A stretch of DNA of 63,240 bases, filler included, from Licmophora abbreviata (GCA_900291995.1; 17 parts of 17 records of this genome joined end to end with filler, not necessarily neighbours in it); one strand, 5' to 3'; shown: positions 30,841 through 42,896, counted from the whole stretch's first letter. Numbers and translations are program-made. The notes: generated from the sequence alone by a model not told the origin.

Positions 30841-33132
30841 ATGTACGATGGGTCGAACCAAGCCAAAGTCAGTGTCCTCAAGCCTCAAACGCAGAGCGTT
30901 GTGGCGGAGCGCGCGCAGGTCTTCGACAATCGCGCTGACCGCGATGATGAGATCGACCTTTTGGCTCTTGTGGCGACTCTTTGGAGGGGCAAGTGGATCA
31001 TTGCGCTGATCACGACCCTCGCGATTCTGATGGGTGGCGTTTACGCGTATGGTGTTGCCGTACCTCTCTATACCGCGAATTCCGTGGTTCTGTTGGAGAC
31101 AAAACAGAACCAGATCGCGGACCTTGAAAGCGTTGTGTCCGGCCTCAGCGGAGACACGAGTGAGGTGAATTCCGAGGTCGAGATCCTGCGGTCACGTATT
31201 CTGCTGGGACGTGTGGTGGATCGTTTGGATCTGGAAAGTGATCCGGAATTCAACGGCGCCCTGCGGGAGCCAGGAGTGCTGGACAATGTGAAATCCTCCG
31301 TAATCGGTGCGATCAAGGTGGCCATCGGCCAGACCGAACTCGAGCAGATGCTTTCGCCGGAACTGCAGGCCAAGAGAACCCATGACAACGTGGTATCAAA
31401 CTTGCTGAATAAAATGCAGGTGTCGAACATACGCCAAAGCCTTGTGTTCCAGATCCAGGTTGAAACCAACGATCCGCAAAAGTCCGCTCGGATCGCGGAT
31501 ACCATCGCAGAGGAATACACCAGCTCTCAGCGTGACGTGAAGTTCGAGGCGACCGAACAGGCCAGCGAATGGCTGAGCGAGCGTGTGGCCGAACTCAAGC
31601 TTGAGCTGGAAGAGGCCGAGCAGGATGTCGCGCGCTTCAGTTCATCGACGCGGCTGGTGTCTGCAGAGGCGCTGGAAGGGCAGGAACGGCAACTCAAGGA
31701 GATGCGCGATCGCATCGCCGCGAACCGGGACACACAAAGAGCGCTTGAGGCCCAAGTGCAAAATCTTGAGGCGGCCAGCACCCCCGAAGAAAAGGTGGCG
31801 ATCGCCGATGATCGGTTGTTGTCGCAATTAGCCGAAGGTTTGGATGGCAGCGAGCGTGCCCGTGCGGCGTTCGACGACAGGTTCGCCGGATTGGTCTCGG
31901 GTCTGCAAGCCAACCTGACCCGGGTAACGCGTCAGCTTGCCAGCCTGACAGCTTCGGCCGCGATCCTCGAAGAGCAGATCACGCAACAGACCGAAGACCT
32001 GATCGAGTTGCGGCAACTGCGCCGCGAGGCGGAAGCGACGCGGTTGCTATATGAGCATTTCCTGACCCGGCTTGGGGAAACATCGGCGCAGCGCGGGATT
32101 CAGCAAGCTGACAGCCGACTGATTTCCAGCGCCGTGGTGCCACAAGTGCCGTCATTCCCGCGCAAATCCTTGATTCTCGCCTTGTNNNNNNNNNNNNNNN
32201 NNNNNNNNNNNNNNNNNNNNNNNNNNNNNTTAATTAATTAANNNNNNNNNNNNNNNNNNNNNNNNNNNNNNNNNNNNNNNNNNNNGGTTCTGGGTCTGAT
32301 GCTTGGGGCAGCGCTGATCCTGATCCGTGAAATGCGCAACAACACCTTCAAGATCGCGCGCGATCTCGAGGCCTTCGGGGGCTATGCCGTGCTTGGACAG
32401 ATACCGGCAATGCCGATCAAGAAGCGGAACGAGGTGTTGTCCTATGTGAATGACAAACCGACCTCGGCTGCGGCGGAAGCTGTGCGCAACCTGCGCAGTT
32501 CCGTGATGATGGCCAATCTGGACAATCCGCCGCAAACCATTGTCGTCACATCCTGCTTGCCGGCTGAGGGCAAAACAACGGCTTCGCTCATGTTGGCCCA
32601 TAACTTCGCGGCGGTTGGCAAATCCGTGCTGTTGATGGAAGGGGACGTGCGCCGCCGAACCTTGAACGAGTATTTCGATGTCTCCGAAAAGCGCGGCCTT
32701 GTTTCTGTCTTGGGTGGTTTTGCGAAACTCGAGGATGTGGTCTATACGTCCGAGGCCTTGGGTGGGGATGTGTTGTTGACCGAGGAAAGCCGCGTGAATG
32801 CTGCCGACTTGTTTTCCTCCGAGAAATTCAGCGCGTTTATGGAGATGGTCAAGAGCCGCTATGACGTGGTAATCATCGACACGCCGCCTGTTCTGGTGGT
32901 GCCTGACGCCCGTATTGTCGCGCAGCATGCCGATGCCGTGCTGTTCAATGTGAAGTGGGACAGCACCAGCCAACCCCAAGTTCAGGAAGCCATGCGCCTG
33001 TTCCACAATTCGGCGCAGCGCATCACCGGTTTCATCCTGAACGGCATCAGCGCCAAGGGCATGAAATACTACGGGTATGGTGGAAAATACGGCGCCTATG
33101 GTGCGTATGATTCCAAGTATTATAGCAGCTGA
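30841..33132 (+). CDS. Polysaccharide co-polymerase / BY-kinase (Wzc/ExoP family); split by gap 32186-32285
   Basis: DEIDLL..LWRGKW TM segment, coiled coils, P..PSFP motif, Walker A P.EGKTT, VIIDTPP, Tyr-rich tail YYGYGGKYGAYGAYDSKYY. Confidence 0.93.
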
Positions 33133-33379
33133 ATTCAGACCGTGGTGGCGTAAGTGCCGGCTGCAAGCGTGATCCTGTTGCGGCTCAGGGTGTCGGGACT
33201 GGTCATGGCTTTCGAAACACGCCTTGTCCCAAAGTGCCTTGGACCCCTCGAAAAAATCCAGATGCTACCGTAGAGTAAATATGCGACCAGCCTGATCTGA
33301 CGCGATTGATCGGGCATGTTGTTCCGATTCCGTTGATGACGGAGTGTTGAGATCGGTAAAAACTGTGCAGGTAACGATT

Positions 33380-34186
33380 ATGGCCAAGACGCCGTCCCGG
33401 CTGACCCAGTCTGTGACACAGGACATCCAACACATTCTTTCGGGTCCCGCGTCGCCTGTCGCGCTTGAGCGGGCCTTCCGCCATCTGGCCAAGTGGCGAT
33501 CCCATCTTCTGGAAAACACCATACTGCAAAACGATGGCGACGTGGTGCAGGGTGGGCCCTTCAAGGGTATGACCTATTCATGCCGCGCCACCGAAGGGGC
33601 ACGTATCGCCCGCATCTTGGGCTGCTATGAAACCACTCTGGCTCCCGTGATCGAAGAGGCCATCGCACGGGCCTATCCGCTGGTGATCGATGTGGGCTGC
33701 GCCGAGGGGTATTACGCCGTGGGTTTGGCCACCCGTATGCAAGACACACGCGTGATGGCGCGCGATGAAAACCCCAAGGCAAAAGAAAGCTGCACCGCCT
33801 TGGCCAAGGCCAACGGCGTGGCAGACAGGGTTGAGGTCGGCGGTCGCATGGATCACGCCGATTTCGACATCTGCATGACGCAAAAGACGCTGGTGATCTG
33901 CGATATTGAAGGCGCCGAAGACGCGCTTTTGGACATCGAGAAAGCACGGGGTCTGACGCATGCGGATATCCTTGTGGAATGCCATGACTGCATGGTCCCG
34001 GGTCTGTCGGACAAAATCGAGAAGAGGTTTCAGGCCACGCACAGGGTAACGCGCCTGGAGCGCGCCATGGATAGTGATGCCTTGCCCGGCTGGATGGAGC
34101 AACTCAGCGATCTGGACCGCGCCATTGCCCTTTGGGAGTGGCGCTCGGGTCCGACCCCGTGGCTCTGGATGCAGCGGCATGACTGA
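33380..34186 (+). CDS. Class I SAM-dependent methyltransferase-like protein
   Basis: GPFKGM, LGCYE, IDVGCAEGYYAVG, CDIEGAE. Confidence 0.78.
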   Translation: MAKTPSRLTQSVTQDIQHILSGPASPVALERAFRHLAKWRSHLLENTILQNDGDVVQGGPFKGMTYSCRATEGARIARILGCYETTLAPVIEEAIARAYPLVIDVGCAEGYYAVGLATRMQDTRVMARDENPKAKESCTALAKANGVADRVEVGGRMDHADFDICMTQKTLVICDIEGAEDALLDIEKARGLTHADILVECHDCMVPGLSDKIEKRFQATHRVTRLERAMDSDALPGWMEQLSDLDRAIALWEWRSGPTPWLWMQRHD

Positions 34187-35846
34187 TCCTACCCGCAATG
34201 CCATGATTTACTATGCCGACGATGCCTATAGCCCTGAAAACAAGGGGGTGAACGGACGCCGCGTTGCCGGAGCCTCGTTTCTGAAAGGCTTCTTCCGTCA
34301 TGCGGATGTCGAAGAGTTTGTCTCGCTCTCGCAGGGACCCAAAGGCGCCGAGAGTTTTGCAAAGCTCTATAAGTCCTCGACAAAGCGCGAGTTGCCGCAT
34401 CGGCCGGTGTTCATGGGTGATCCGCTCAGGATGCGACCTGTCGAAACGCTCTATTATCCGTCTCCGAATTTTGCGGGTGAAGCCTGGAAAAGGCAGCGGT
34501 TCGGGATGGCGTCTTATGCGATATGCGGTGTCACACATACCACGGCGACACAAAGCGTGATGCAGGGGTTTCTGGATTTGCGCGCCGCACCCCAAGCCCC
34601 ATGGGACGCGATAATCTGCACGTCCAAGGCCGTGCATGCCGCGACGCAGCGCAATATCGAACTGGCCGATGAGCATCTGCTGCAACGGTTTGGAAGCCTG
34701 CCGCCAAAACCGCTGATGCCGATAATTCCACTGGGCATTAATTGCGATGAGTTCGCCCATGATGCCAAGGCGCGCAAACGTCTGCGTCAGCGGATGAACT
34801 GGAGCCGTGACGATATCGTTGTCGCGACGCTTTCGCGTCTTTTGCCCTATGGCAAATTCGATCCCGGCCCGCTTTTCATTGCGTTGGAGCGTGCGCACGC
34901 GCGTCTGCCAAAGGGTAAAAATCTGCATTTTGTGGCCTGTGGGATTTATGGAGACAGCCATTCGGAAACCGTTTTTGAGAGCTGCGCGAAAGCCTTCATG
35001 CCAGCGGTCAGCTATCATCACCTCGATGGTGCCGATGCCAAAGCTCGTATCGAGACGCTGTCTGGTGCGGATATTTTTACGTTCCCCATCGACAACATCC
35101 AGGAAACATTCGGGCTTGCGCCGATCGAGGCCATGGCGGCGGGTTTGCCCGTGATTACCTCCGATTGGGACGGGATGCGTGATACGGTTACTGAGGATGT
35201 CGGAATCCGCATTCCAACGCTGACAGTCGGCCCGGATCACACTGGGCCGGAAGCATGGGGCTATCACCACGGCGGACTGAGCTATCAGCAATACGGCAAC
35301 AACGTTTCCGCAATGACCGAGATCGATCTGGCGGCGTTGACCGACGCCATCGTCACACTGGCTGTGGACGAAAACAAGCGGCGGGCCATGGGCAAGGCCG
35401 GGCAAAAGCGGGCGCGCGAGATCTATGATTGGGCGCATATCATCCCGCAGATGCAAGACCTATGGGCCGAACAATCTGCGATCCGCAGCGCGCATGCTGA
35501 CACGTCGCCAAAACCGCCGCTCCCCAATCCCGTAGCCCCTCTGCCCACGGACCTGTTCCGCAGCTATCCAAGCCAGATCGCTGTCCCGGGCGTTTGTCAG
35601 GCTGTGGCCGTGAGCGATAAAACGGCGCTACAGGCAATTCTGACTGCACGTCGATATGGCAAGATTGGTGGAGTGTTCGAAAGGCAAGATACGCTGGAGC
35701 GTGTGCTTGAGGCCATCCTTGCCGCAGGAGAGCAAGGTACTGATGCAAGAGCCGTCGCAAAAACGCTCAAAATGAATATTCTGACCGTCGAGCGCGCCTG
35801 GGTTTTCTTCCTGAAATATGGACTGATCGAAAGAAAATCCAGCTAG
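34179..35846 (+). CDS. Glycosyltransferase family 4
   Basis: IIPLGINCD, DNIQETFGLAPIEAMAAGLPVITSDWDG (Ex7E motif). Confidence 0.9.
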   Translation: MTDPTRNAMIYYADDAYSPENKGVNGRRVAGASFLKGFFRHADVEEFVSLSQGPKGAESFAKLYKSSTKRELPHRPVFMGDPLRMRPVETLYYPSPNFAGEAWKRQRFGMASYAICGVTHTTATQSVMQGFLDLRAAPQAPWDAIICTSKAVHAATQRNIELADEHLLQRFGSLPPKPLMPIIPLGINCDEFAHDAKARKRLRQRMNWSRDDIVVATLSRLLPYGKFDPGPLFIALERAHARLPKGKNLHFVACGIYGDSHSETVFESCAKAFMPAVSYHHLDGADAKARIETLSGADIFTFPIDNIQETFGLAPIEAMAAGLPVITSDWDGMRDTVTEDVGIRIPTLTVGPDHTGPEAWGYHHGGLSYQQYGNNVSAMTEIDLAALTDAIVTLAVDENKRRAMGKAGQKRAREIYDWAHIIPQMQDLWAEQSAIRSAHADTSPKPPLPNPVAPLPTDLFRSYPSQIAVPGVCQAVAVSDKTALQAILTARRYGKIGGVFERQDTLERVLEAILAAGEQGTDARAVAKTLKMNILTVERAWVFFLKYGLIERKSS

Positions 35847-36082
35847 GGATAGCTCGCACCTCGCCATCAAGCGCCTCTGCATCGCCGTGCGTGATGTGAT
35901 CGAGGGCGCAGCAAGTCCTGTGCACGTCCACTCCGCAACGACACCAGTTTACCAGGCGCTGTTTGATCAGCGCCTGGCCTGCNNNNNNNNNNNNNNNNNN
36001 NNNNNNNNNNNNNNNNNNNNNNNNNNTTAATTAATTAANNNNNNNNNNNNNNNNNNNNNNNNNNNNNNNNNNNNNNNNNNNN

Positions 36083-36871
36083 AAAGAGGCGCTTCAATTC
36101 TCGAGCCTTCCCAAACGCGCATTCTGGGCGATATGGCAAGCCCGGGCAATGGCTGAGGTTCACTGCTTTCACGCCACAGCGGAAAGCGAACTGGAAGACA
36201 TCCGCGCCTTTGGTCTTAAGGCCCCTGTTGCTATAGTGCCTAACGGCGTGGACCTGCCTTCCCGCCCTGCTGCGGCTACCATCAGAGACGGTCCTCCTTT
36301 CATTCTAAGCCTAGGACGGCTTCATCCAAAAAAGGGCCTTGAGCGACTCATCGCCGCTTTCGCCCGTGTGGCGAATGCGTATCCAGACTGGCGTTTGCGC
36401 CTAGTAGGAGTAGACGAAGGAGGCCACGGGGAAACGCTTCGCCGTGCAATCGCGTCAGCAGGCCTACAAGGACGCGCCACCGTCGAAGGGCCGGTCTTTG
36501 GAGAAGCAAAAGATGCACTGATGGAGCGTGCCTTCATTTTCGCGCTGCCTAGCTTGCATGAAAACTTCGCCGTCACCGTGGCCGAGAGTTTGGCAGTAGA
36601 GACCCCTGTTATCTCCTCGAAGGGCGCGCCTTGGTCTGGGCTCAAGACGCACAATTGCGGCTGGTGGGTCGATCACGATGTGGATGCACTGTCTGCCGCG
36701 CTCGATGAGGCCATGGCCTTGCCTGCAAAGGAGCGGGCGGCGATGGGGGCGCGGGGCCGAGCTTGGATGGAGCGCGATTTTGCTTGGGACGGAATCGCGG
36801 CGCAGATGGCCGAGGTCTATGCTTGGTGTCTGGGCCGCGGTGAGAGACCCAGTTGCGTGGTGACCTCATAA
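36083..36871 (+). CDS. Glycosyltransferase family 4; 5' end lost in gap
   Basis: [32 protein letters not shown]. Confidence 0.88.
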   Translation, partial: KEALQFSSLPKRAFWAIWQARAMAEVHCFHATAESELEDIRAFGLKAPVAIVPNGVDLPSRPAAATIRDGPPFILSLGRLHPKKGLERLIAAFARVANAYPDWRLRLVGVDEGGHGETLRRAIASAGLQGRATVEGPVFGEAKDALMERAFIFALPSLHENFAVTVAESLAVETPVISSKGAPWSGLKTHNCGWWVDHDVDALSAALDEAMALPAKERAAMGARGRAWMERDFAWDGIAAQMAEVYAWCLGRGERPSCVVTS

Positions 36872-37422
36872 CAGACGACACTGGGATCGACGTGGCCACT
36901 AATCGCAGGGCCCAGAAATGGAGCCGCCGGGAACAGATGGGCCGAGTCCTCTGGTCGCTTGCAGCGCCAGTGTTCCGGCTCTCGCCCCGCCCGCTCTGGT
37001 GCTGGCGGCGGATGCTGCTGCGTTTGTTTGGTGCAAGTGTGGGGCGCGACGTACATGTTTATCCAACCGTGCGCGTCACCATTCCCTGGAACTTGACCCT
37101 GGGCGATGGCTGCGCAGTAGGAGATCGTGCAATCCTTTACGCGCTAGGTCCGATCATGATCGGACCGCGCGCGACCGTTTCTCAAGGTGCACATCTTTGC
37201 GCCGGCACCCATGACATAACCCGGGCAGACCGACCGCTGTTGAAGCCACCCATCACGGTCAGGGCTGACGCTTGGATTGCTGCCGAAGCGTTCATTGGCC
37301 CTAATGTAGTTGTTGGTGACGGGGCAATTGTTGGGGCCCGTGCCGTGGTGATGAAGGATGTTCCACCCGATGCCATCGTCGTCGGCAATCCGGCTCGTAC
37401 AGTTGGGAAACGCAAAGTATGA
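36853..37422 (+). CDS. wcaF: WcaF-like hexapeptide-repeat acetyltransferase
   Basis: [35 protein letters not shown]. Confidence 0.82.
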   Translation: MRGDLITDDTGIDVATNRRAQKWSRREQMGRVLWSLAAPVFRLSPRPLWCWRRMLLRLFGASVGRDVHVYPTVRVTIPWNLTLGDGCAVGDRAILYALGPIMIGPRATVSQGAHLCAGTHDITRADRPLLKPPITVRADAWIAAEAFIGPNVVVGDGAIVGARAVVMKDVPPDAIVVGNPARTVGKRKV

Positions 37423-37531
37423 GACCCATTCTTCGCTTTCCAGATTTCAATACGCGGCGGCGCAGGTATTTGTGTAATAACGCCGAGCAGGTAATACCTG
37501 ACCTAATCGTTTCGTTAAGGAGACAATCAAA

Positions 37532-38338
37532 TTGTTGAGTATCAGTCGCTTTTCCCGCCAAGCTTTGGAGAGGCTCGCTCGTGGCCGTATCCTCAAAAGA
37601 TATATTGCTTCCGAGAATGGCAGAACGCCTATCTATGTGTCGCCTGATGCACAGCTCAAGTAACTGAAATTTGGGCAAAATGCTTTTGACGCTGACTTGG
37701 TTAAAATCGCAGATTATTTCATAAATGGGGATCATGTTGTTTGGGATGTTGGCGCCAATATTGGCGTATTTTCCTTCGCCTGCGCCAACCGATGTGCGAA
37801 GACCGTTGTCTCGATAGAGGCTGACATCTGGCTTTGTTCACTCTTGCGCAAGACTTCCGCCTTAAAGGAATACCAAGATCGCCACATTCGTATTTTGCCG
37901 TTGGCGGTAGCTGACCACAATGGAATTTCGGAGTTCATTATTGCCAAGAGGGGACGCGCATCTAACGCATTGGCCTCAGCAGGCGGACGATCCCAGATGG
38001 GTGGGGCGCGTGAACATTTGCATGTTCCAACTTTAAAGCTGGACACAATCGCTGAGACCCAGCCCAACCCTGACTTCATTAAGGTCGATGTGGAGGGCGC
38101 CGAACTTGCGGTTCTCGAAGGTGCAGAGAATTTGATGTCAGGACATCATCCAACGTTCTATGCAGAAATTGGACAATCCGTATTTTCGGCATGTGCCGAC
38201 CTGATGCATAAAAATGGCTACATGATTTTTGGTCCTGATGGGCAACCCACTGAACAGCCAGATCGAGCCAACTATTTTTTCGTCCATGAAACAAAAGACG
38301 ATATGCTCCGGGCTCTCCAAAAGTTTGGCCAACAGTGA
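37532..38338 (+). pseudogene. FkbM-family methyltransferase interrupted by an in-frame TAA at 37661-37663
   Basis: AAGGAG RBS and TTG at 37532 read ...VSPDAQLK*LKFGQNAFD straight into WDVGANIG...FIKVDVEGAE. Confidence 0.7.
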
Positions 38339-38568
38339 AACTCAAGCACAGTGGTCGAGGTGACGCCTGCATTAGTTTAGGACTTTGCAATCAGAGGTGT
38401 TGTTAGGTTTTCGGAAGTGGCCTAATCCCGCTTTGGACGAACCCTTGATCGCCATTGCTCACAAGCCCATGACCTGACGCATCTTCAAAGGCCTGATAAC
38501 AACACATCGCGATGGTTTGCCGTCGTTCGTTTTCTTTCCGGAGGCCTTTTCACAATTAGGCAGCTCGC

Positions 38569-38693
38569 ATGACCCTCACTGTCGTCATCCTCACTAAAAA
38601 CGAAGAGCGCCACATTAGCCGGGCGCTATCTTCCGTTTCAGAGATTGCGGATCGCTGCGTCGTCGTCGATAGCGGCTCGGATGACCGGACTGT
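38569..38693 (+). CDS. Glycosyltransferase family 2, N-terminal fragment cut by gap
   Basis: MTLTVVILTKNEERHISRALSSV...VVDSGSDDRT. Confidence 0.85.
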
Positions 38694-39098
38694 NNNNNNN
38701 NNNNNNNNNNNNNNNNNNNNNNNNNNNNNNNNNNNNNTTAATTAATTAANNNNNNNNNNNNNNNNNNNNNNNNNNNNNNNNNNNNNNNNNNNNGACTGAG
38801 GCATCAGGGTGAGAGTTTGCGACCCTTGCCCACCCTTCATTTTAAGCTCGATCCGCATATGACTGAAGTGTCGGGGCTGATAACTTACGCGCTAGGGAGC
38901 CAATTTAAAATTTAGAACTACCACTTGTATAGATTGTCGTTCACGTTTGTGCCGAAGCAGCTCTGCTTCGGCTTTTTTGTGCGCACCACGCCGCAAACGG
39001 CTATCTGGCGGGAGCCCAAACACTCAAGTGTTCCTCCCTACCCGCTTTCATGCGCCCTGCAAGCCCCACGCCTTTCGTCACATCCCAATCCCAACTGC

Positions 39099-40022
39099 TC
39101 AACTCTGAACGACCGCTTTTGCCTTGAGCGTCAGGGACAGCATCCCAAGATATTCGGCATAGAAAGCCTCGATCAATTCCATTTGCGCGCCGCGGACCTC
39201 AAATACGTCACCGCGGTTATAAGAAAACGCGGGGCTGTCTATCTGGTCGCTCAGCGCGGCCAGTCTGGTATCCACATGTTTTGAGCGGTTCACGATGTGA
39301 TCCCTGACCGCAAGGATGACGGCCATGAACGCGTTGACCTGGTCCAGCGTTGCGGGCTCATAGCCGACCGGCAGGAACAGCCGCGCCTCCGCCCAGTACC
39401 GCTGCACGACATTGCTGATCTCATTGGGGCTTCTGTCGCGGCGCCACTTGGCGATGAATTTGGTCCATGATTTCCGCCAGGCTTCGGGATTATCGAGCCT
39501 CCGCTCATAAAGCCGCTTTAGGCCCTTGTTGTCAGGCTGTTCAAGCAACGCATGAGGGTGACTCAGCAGCATGATCTCATGCGCCTGCAGGATCGATTGC
39601 TCGATCATGTCCACAAGATCGCGCAGAGCGAGACGCGTGACCATGTCGATGGCCTGCTCATGCGCGGTCTCGGCCTCGCTTGGCGACCATGACACCAGCG
39701 GTCTGCGCTGATAGCCGGCCTCGCCCGGGCGAATACCGGCAATATCGTAGGGGTCGGGCATGGTCGTGCAGGCCAGCCGCGCAGATCGCAACGCTCTGCC
39801 GGCCACCGACCATCGCAGGTATGTGTCTCGGGCCTGAGACCGCCATGCCGGGATGAACTGGCTGGTGGTCTGAAGCCAGGTCGGCTCGGGAGTGTGCTCC
39901 CGGTTTGAGACACCCTCAGCCTTGATCACCTCTTCATGGCCGTCCGCCGGTTCCGCCAGCAGGACCTCAGCTTCAACGCGGCGGTCCTGCGCGGTGAAGC
40001 GTATGTCGAATAGGTTTTTCAT
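39099..40022 (-). CDS. Hypothetical protein (~307 aa)
   Basis: Long ORF with GAGG RBS; no recognised motif. Confidence 0.6.
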   Translation of the reverse strand: MKNLFDIRFTAQDRRVEAEVLLAEPADGHEEVIKAEGVSNREHTPEPTWLQTTSQFIPAWRSQARDTYLRWSVAGRALRSARLACTTMPDPYDIAGIRPGEAGYQRRPLVSWSPSEAETAHEQAIDMVTRLALRDLVDMIEQSILQAHEIMLLSHPHALLEQPDNKGLKRLYERRLDNPEAWRKSWTKFIAKWRRDRSPNEISNVVQRYWAEARLFLPVGYEPATLDQVNAFMAVILAVRDHIVNRSKHVDTRLAALSDQIDSPAFSYNRGDVFEVRGAQMELIEAFYAEYLGMLSLTLKAKAVVQS

Positions 40023-40527
40023 CTTCGTCTGCCTCAACACAGTTTTTGTTCTGCGTCAGCATGCGGGTGCTGTATCCCTTCCCCATCCTCACCTTGTGAA
40101 CTGGCAAGGAAGCAAAGCGGCAAGGCCCAGCTGATCGTCGGCCATGACGCACCGCATGACGCGCAACGTTTTTCCTGCAAGGCTACCGCAACGCCTGTAG
40201 GTGGTGGTGAACGCATAAGACTGTCCGGCTTCCTTTAAGGTCGCACAGTTTCGAACGATAGTTGTGAGGAAGGGGATCCAGCCTTGTGAATCATCCGTAA
40301 ATTTCACATTAAAGGGCCTATCCGGCACGCAGGCTTCATCTCATCTTGAACTGGCCGCCGAGCAAGTGGCAACCAGTGCATTACGCTGCAGCCTTCACGG
40401 GGTGGCAGCGTATTTCGTTGAAAGTATCCCAATTCCATATGAAAGGCCGGTCTTCGGTCACGATGCCAATCCTGCATCGCAGCGAAACGCGCGTCCGCAT
40501 GACGCTTCACTAGATGGACGCTTGCCC

Positions 40528-42591
40528 ATGAAGCAGCACGATATGCAGGCTTTGTATGACGCGGAAAAACGCGGGCGCCTGGATGCGGAGGCCCAGCTGG
40601 AACAGGCCCGTCGTGCGCTCGAGGAGACGCGAGAACAGCTTCGGGAAAGCGATCAGAAATTCAGATCGTTCCTCGATACGGCCAACGATGTCGTCTATAT
40701 CCTGTCTCCGGATGGGACGTTCGAGTTCCTGTCCCCCAAGATCCTCGACGTGCTCGGGTATCAGCAGGACGAGTTGGTCGGCCAGCACTTTGCCAGCGTC
40801 ATTCATCCTGATGACCTGCCAGTCTGCCAGGCCTTCTTCGAAAGAGTGATCGCCAATCGGCAGGCCGAGGCAGGGTTGGAATACCGCGTGCGGCACGCGA
40901 ACGGGACTTGGCGCTGGCATGACACAAATGCCGCGCCTCTGTTCGATTCAACGCAGGAGTTCCGAGGCATGTTGGGGATCGGCCGCGATGTGCAGGATCG
41001 CAAGCTGGCCACAGATGCCTTGCAGAAGGCGCTTGAACATGCGGAAGCGGCCTCGATCGCGCGCAGCCGCTTCATCGCGACGATGAACCATGAAATACGC
41101 ACACCGCTTGGCGGGTTGTTGGGCATCATCGATCTGATGGCGCTTGATGAAACCGATCCTGAAAAGGCCGAACTTCTCAATTACGCGAAACTGGCGGGCA
41201 GGGGGCTCAACCGGATCGTCGATGATGTTCTGGACGTCTCCAAGATGGAAGCGGGTGTTCTGGTCTTTGAGCAGGAAGCGGTCGATCTCCGGGCTGTGAT
41301 CGACGGGGTCCGTATCCTTGCGGCCTCTGCAGATAACGCGCGGGGCCGCGAGATCACCATGGAGATCGGCCCGACCGTGCCCCGCCATTTTCTCGGGGAC
41401 GCGAACCGTCTGCGCCAGTTGATTTCGAACCTCGTCAGCAATGCGCTGCGCTATTCCGAGACCGGGCCGATCATCATCCGCGCCGACGCCCACCAGCACA
41501 GCAAGACATGCCGCTTGCGGGTGGAAGTGGAAGATTTCGGGATCGGGATTTCGGCACAGGATCAGCCGAACCTGTTCAGGGATTTTTCCCAGATAGACAA
41601 CCCGCTGACCGCCGCTGCGAACGGTACGGGGCTGGGGCTGGCCATTTGCAAGCGCATCGTCGAGAAACTGAATGGCGATATCGGCGTCGAAAGCCGACCC
41701 GGAGAGGGATCGACCTTCTGGTTCGAGTTGGATGTCGCCGCGACGATTGGGCGGGATGTGGATACGCCCCAGGCAGATCCGCGTCCTGCGTTGGGGCTGG
41801 ACGGTCGCCGGATCCTGGTGGCCGAAGACAATGTCATCAATCAGAAACTCTTTATGACCTTTACGCGCCGCATGGGTCTGCAGAGCGACCTCGCCGAGAC
41901 CGGCCGCAGCGCGATCGAGGCTTTCGCACCCGGCAAATATGACCTCGTTCTGATGGATGTCTCCATGCCCGAGATGGACGGGTTCGAGGCGATCAGCTTT
42001 CTTCAATCGAAATTCGGCAAGGAAAACCTTCCACCCATTCTGGCCCTGACGGCACATACGGAAGACTTCATCGAAAAACAGGCGGCATTGCTGGATGTTG
42101 ACCGCATCCTTCCCAAGCCAATCGACTATGACACGCTGAAGCGGGAATTGGAGGCGGCGCTGAACCTCGAGCATAAACCGCACGCGCGCTGCTTCGATCA
42201 TCAGCCGCCCGCGCTGCCGAATTCCGACAGTTCGGTCGCGGCGGTGCAGACCCTGGAACAGGTCATGGCCGCCGATGTCTACCAGCAGCTTTTGCCCGAT
42301 TTCGGTATGCAGGGCCTGCTGGAGCTGGCCCGGAAGTTCGTGACGGATGCCAATCGTCGCCTTTGCAAGATCATCGAGGCCGAAGCCGAGGGCGATGTTG
42401 CCGAAATCGCCTTGCAGGTACATGCCTTGAAAGGCGCTGCAATGACGGTTGGGTTTCGAGATGTCGAAAACTGGGTGAAAGACGTTGAAGCCGGTGGTCT
42501 GGCTCCGGGAGGCAAGAGCCTTTCGGAAACCGCAACTGTGCTGCAGTCCAAGCTGACGGATCTGGAAGCTGCCTTGCATTTGCGGGTGTGA
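40528..42591 (+). CDS. Cytoplasmic hybrid histidine kinase (PAS-HisKA-HATPase-REC-Hpt)
   Basis: IHPDD PAS, MNHEIRTPL H-box, GTGLGL, LVAEDN...LMDVSMPEMDG, HALKG Hpt; no TM segment. Confidence 0.92.
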   Translation: MKQHDMQALYDAEKRGRLDAEAQLEQARRALEETREQLRESDQKFRSFLDTANDVVYILSPDGTFEFLSPKILDVLGYQQDELVGQHFASVIHPDDLPVCQAFFERVIANRQAEAGLEYRVRHANGTWRWHDTNAAPLFDSTQEFRGMLGIGRDVQDRKLATDALQKALEHAEAASIARSRFIATMNHEIRTPLGGLLGIIDLMALDETDPEKAELLNYAKLAGRGLNRIVDDVLDVSKMEAGVLVFEQEAVDLRAVIDGVRILAASADNARGREITMEIGPTVPRHFLGDANRLRQLISNLVSNALRYSETGPIIIRADAHQHSKTCRLRVEVEDFGIGISAQDQPNLFRDFSQIDNPLTAAANGTGLGLAICKRIVEKLNGDIGVESRPGEGSTFWFELDVAATIGRDVDTPQADPRPALGLDGRRILVAEDNVINQKLFMTFTRRMGLQSDLAETGRSAIEAFAPGKYDLVLMDVSMPEMDGFEAISFLQSKFGKENLPPILALTAHTEDFIEKQAALLDVDRILPKPIDYDTLKRELEAALNLEHKPHARCFDHQPPALPNSDSSVAAVQTLEQVMAADVYQQLLPDFGMQGLLELARKFVTDANRRLCKIIEAEAEGDVAEIALQVHALKGAAMTVGFRDVENWVKDVEAGGLAPGGKSLSETATVLQSKLTDLEAALHLRV

Positions 42592-42788
42592 CGGAAGGCG
42601 GGCCTTTCAATGGAGCTATGGTTGCGTAGCAAGCTCGCCTTTGCTCCGGCCCTGTCCATCTAACTAGCAATCTAGCCGTTTGGGCTTTGCCGGCTGATTT
42701 GCTGGTGAGCTCTCACAGCTTGTTGAGCATCATCCTTCCGTGCACTGTCAGCGCATTGGGTCAGGGTTTCCAGAAGACTGCAATCGCT

Positions 42789-42889
42789 CCATACGATATC
42801 GCGTATAAATCCACTTTATTCCCCTTGCCGTATAAATGTTAAATATGCGTCACACCGAATATTGACAATTTATGCGTCATAGCGCATAA
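42789..42889 (+). promoter_or_regulatory. Four HipB operator palindromes overlapping the promoter
   Basis: 20-bp units (consensus TTATRCG-N6-CGYATAA) start at 42789, 42816, 42843 and 42870; TTGACA at 42862. Confidence 0.8.
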
Positions 42890-42896
42890 GCTAATT

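Noticed and set aside
42789..42889. Mini-CRISPR or iteron array
   Set aside because: 7-bp spacers, palindromic units, no cas or rep gene; operator interpretation fits better
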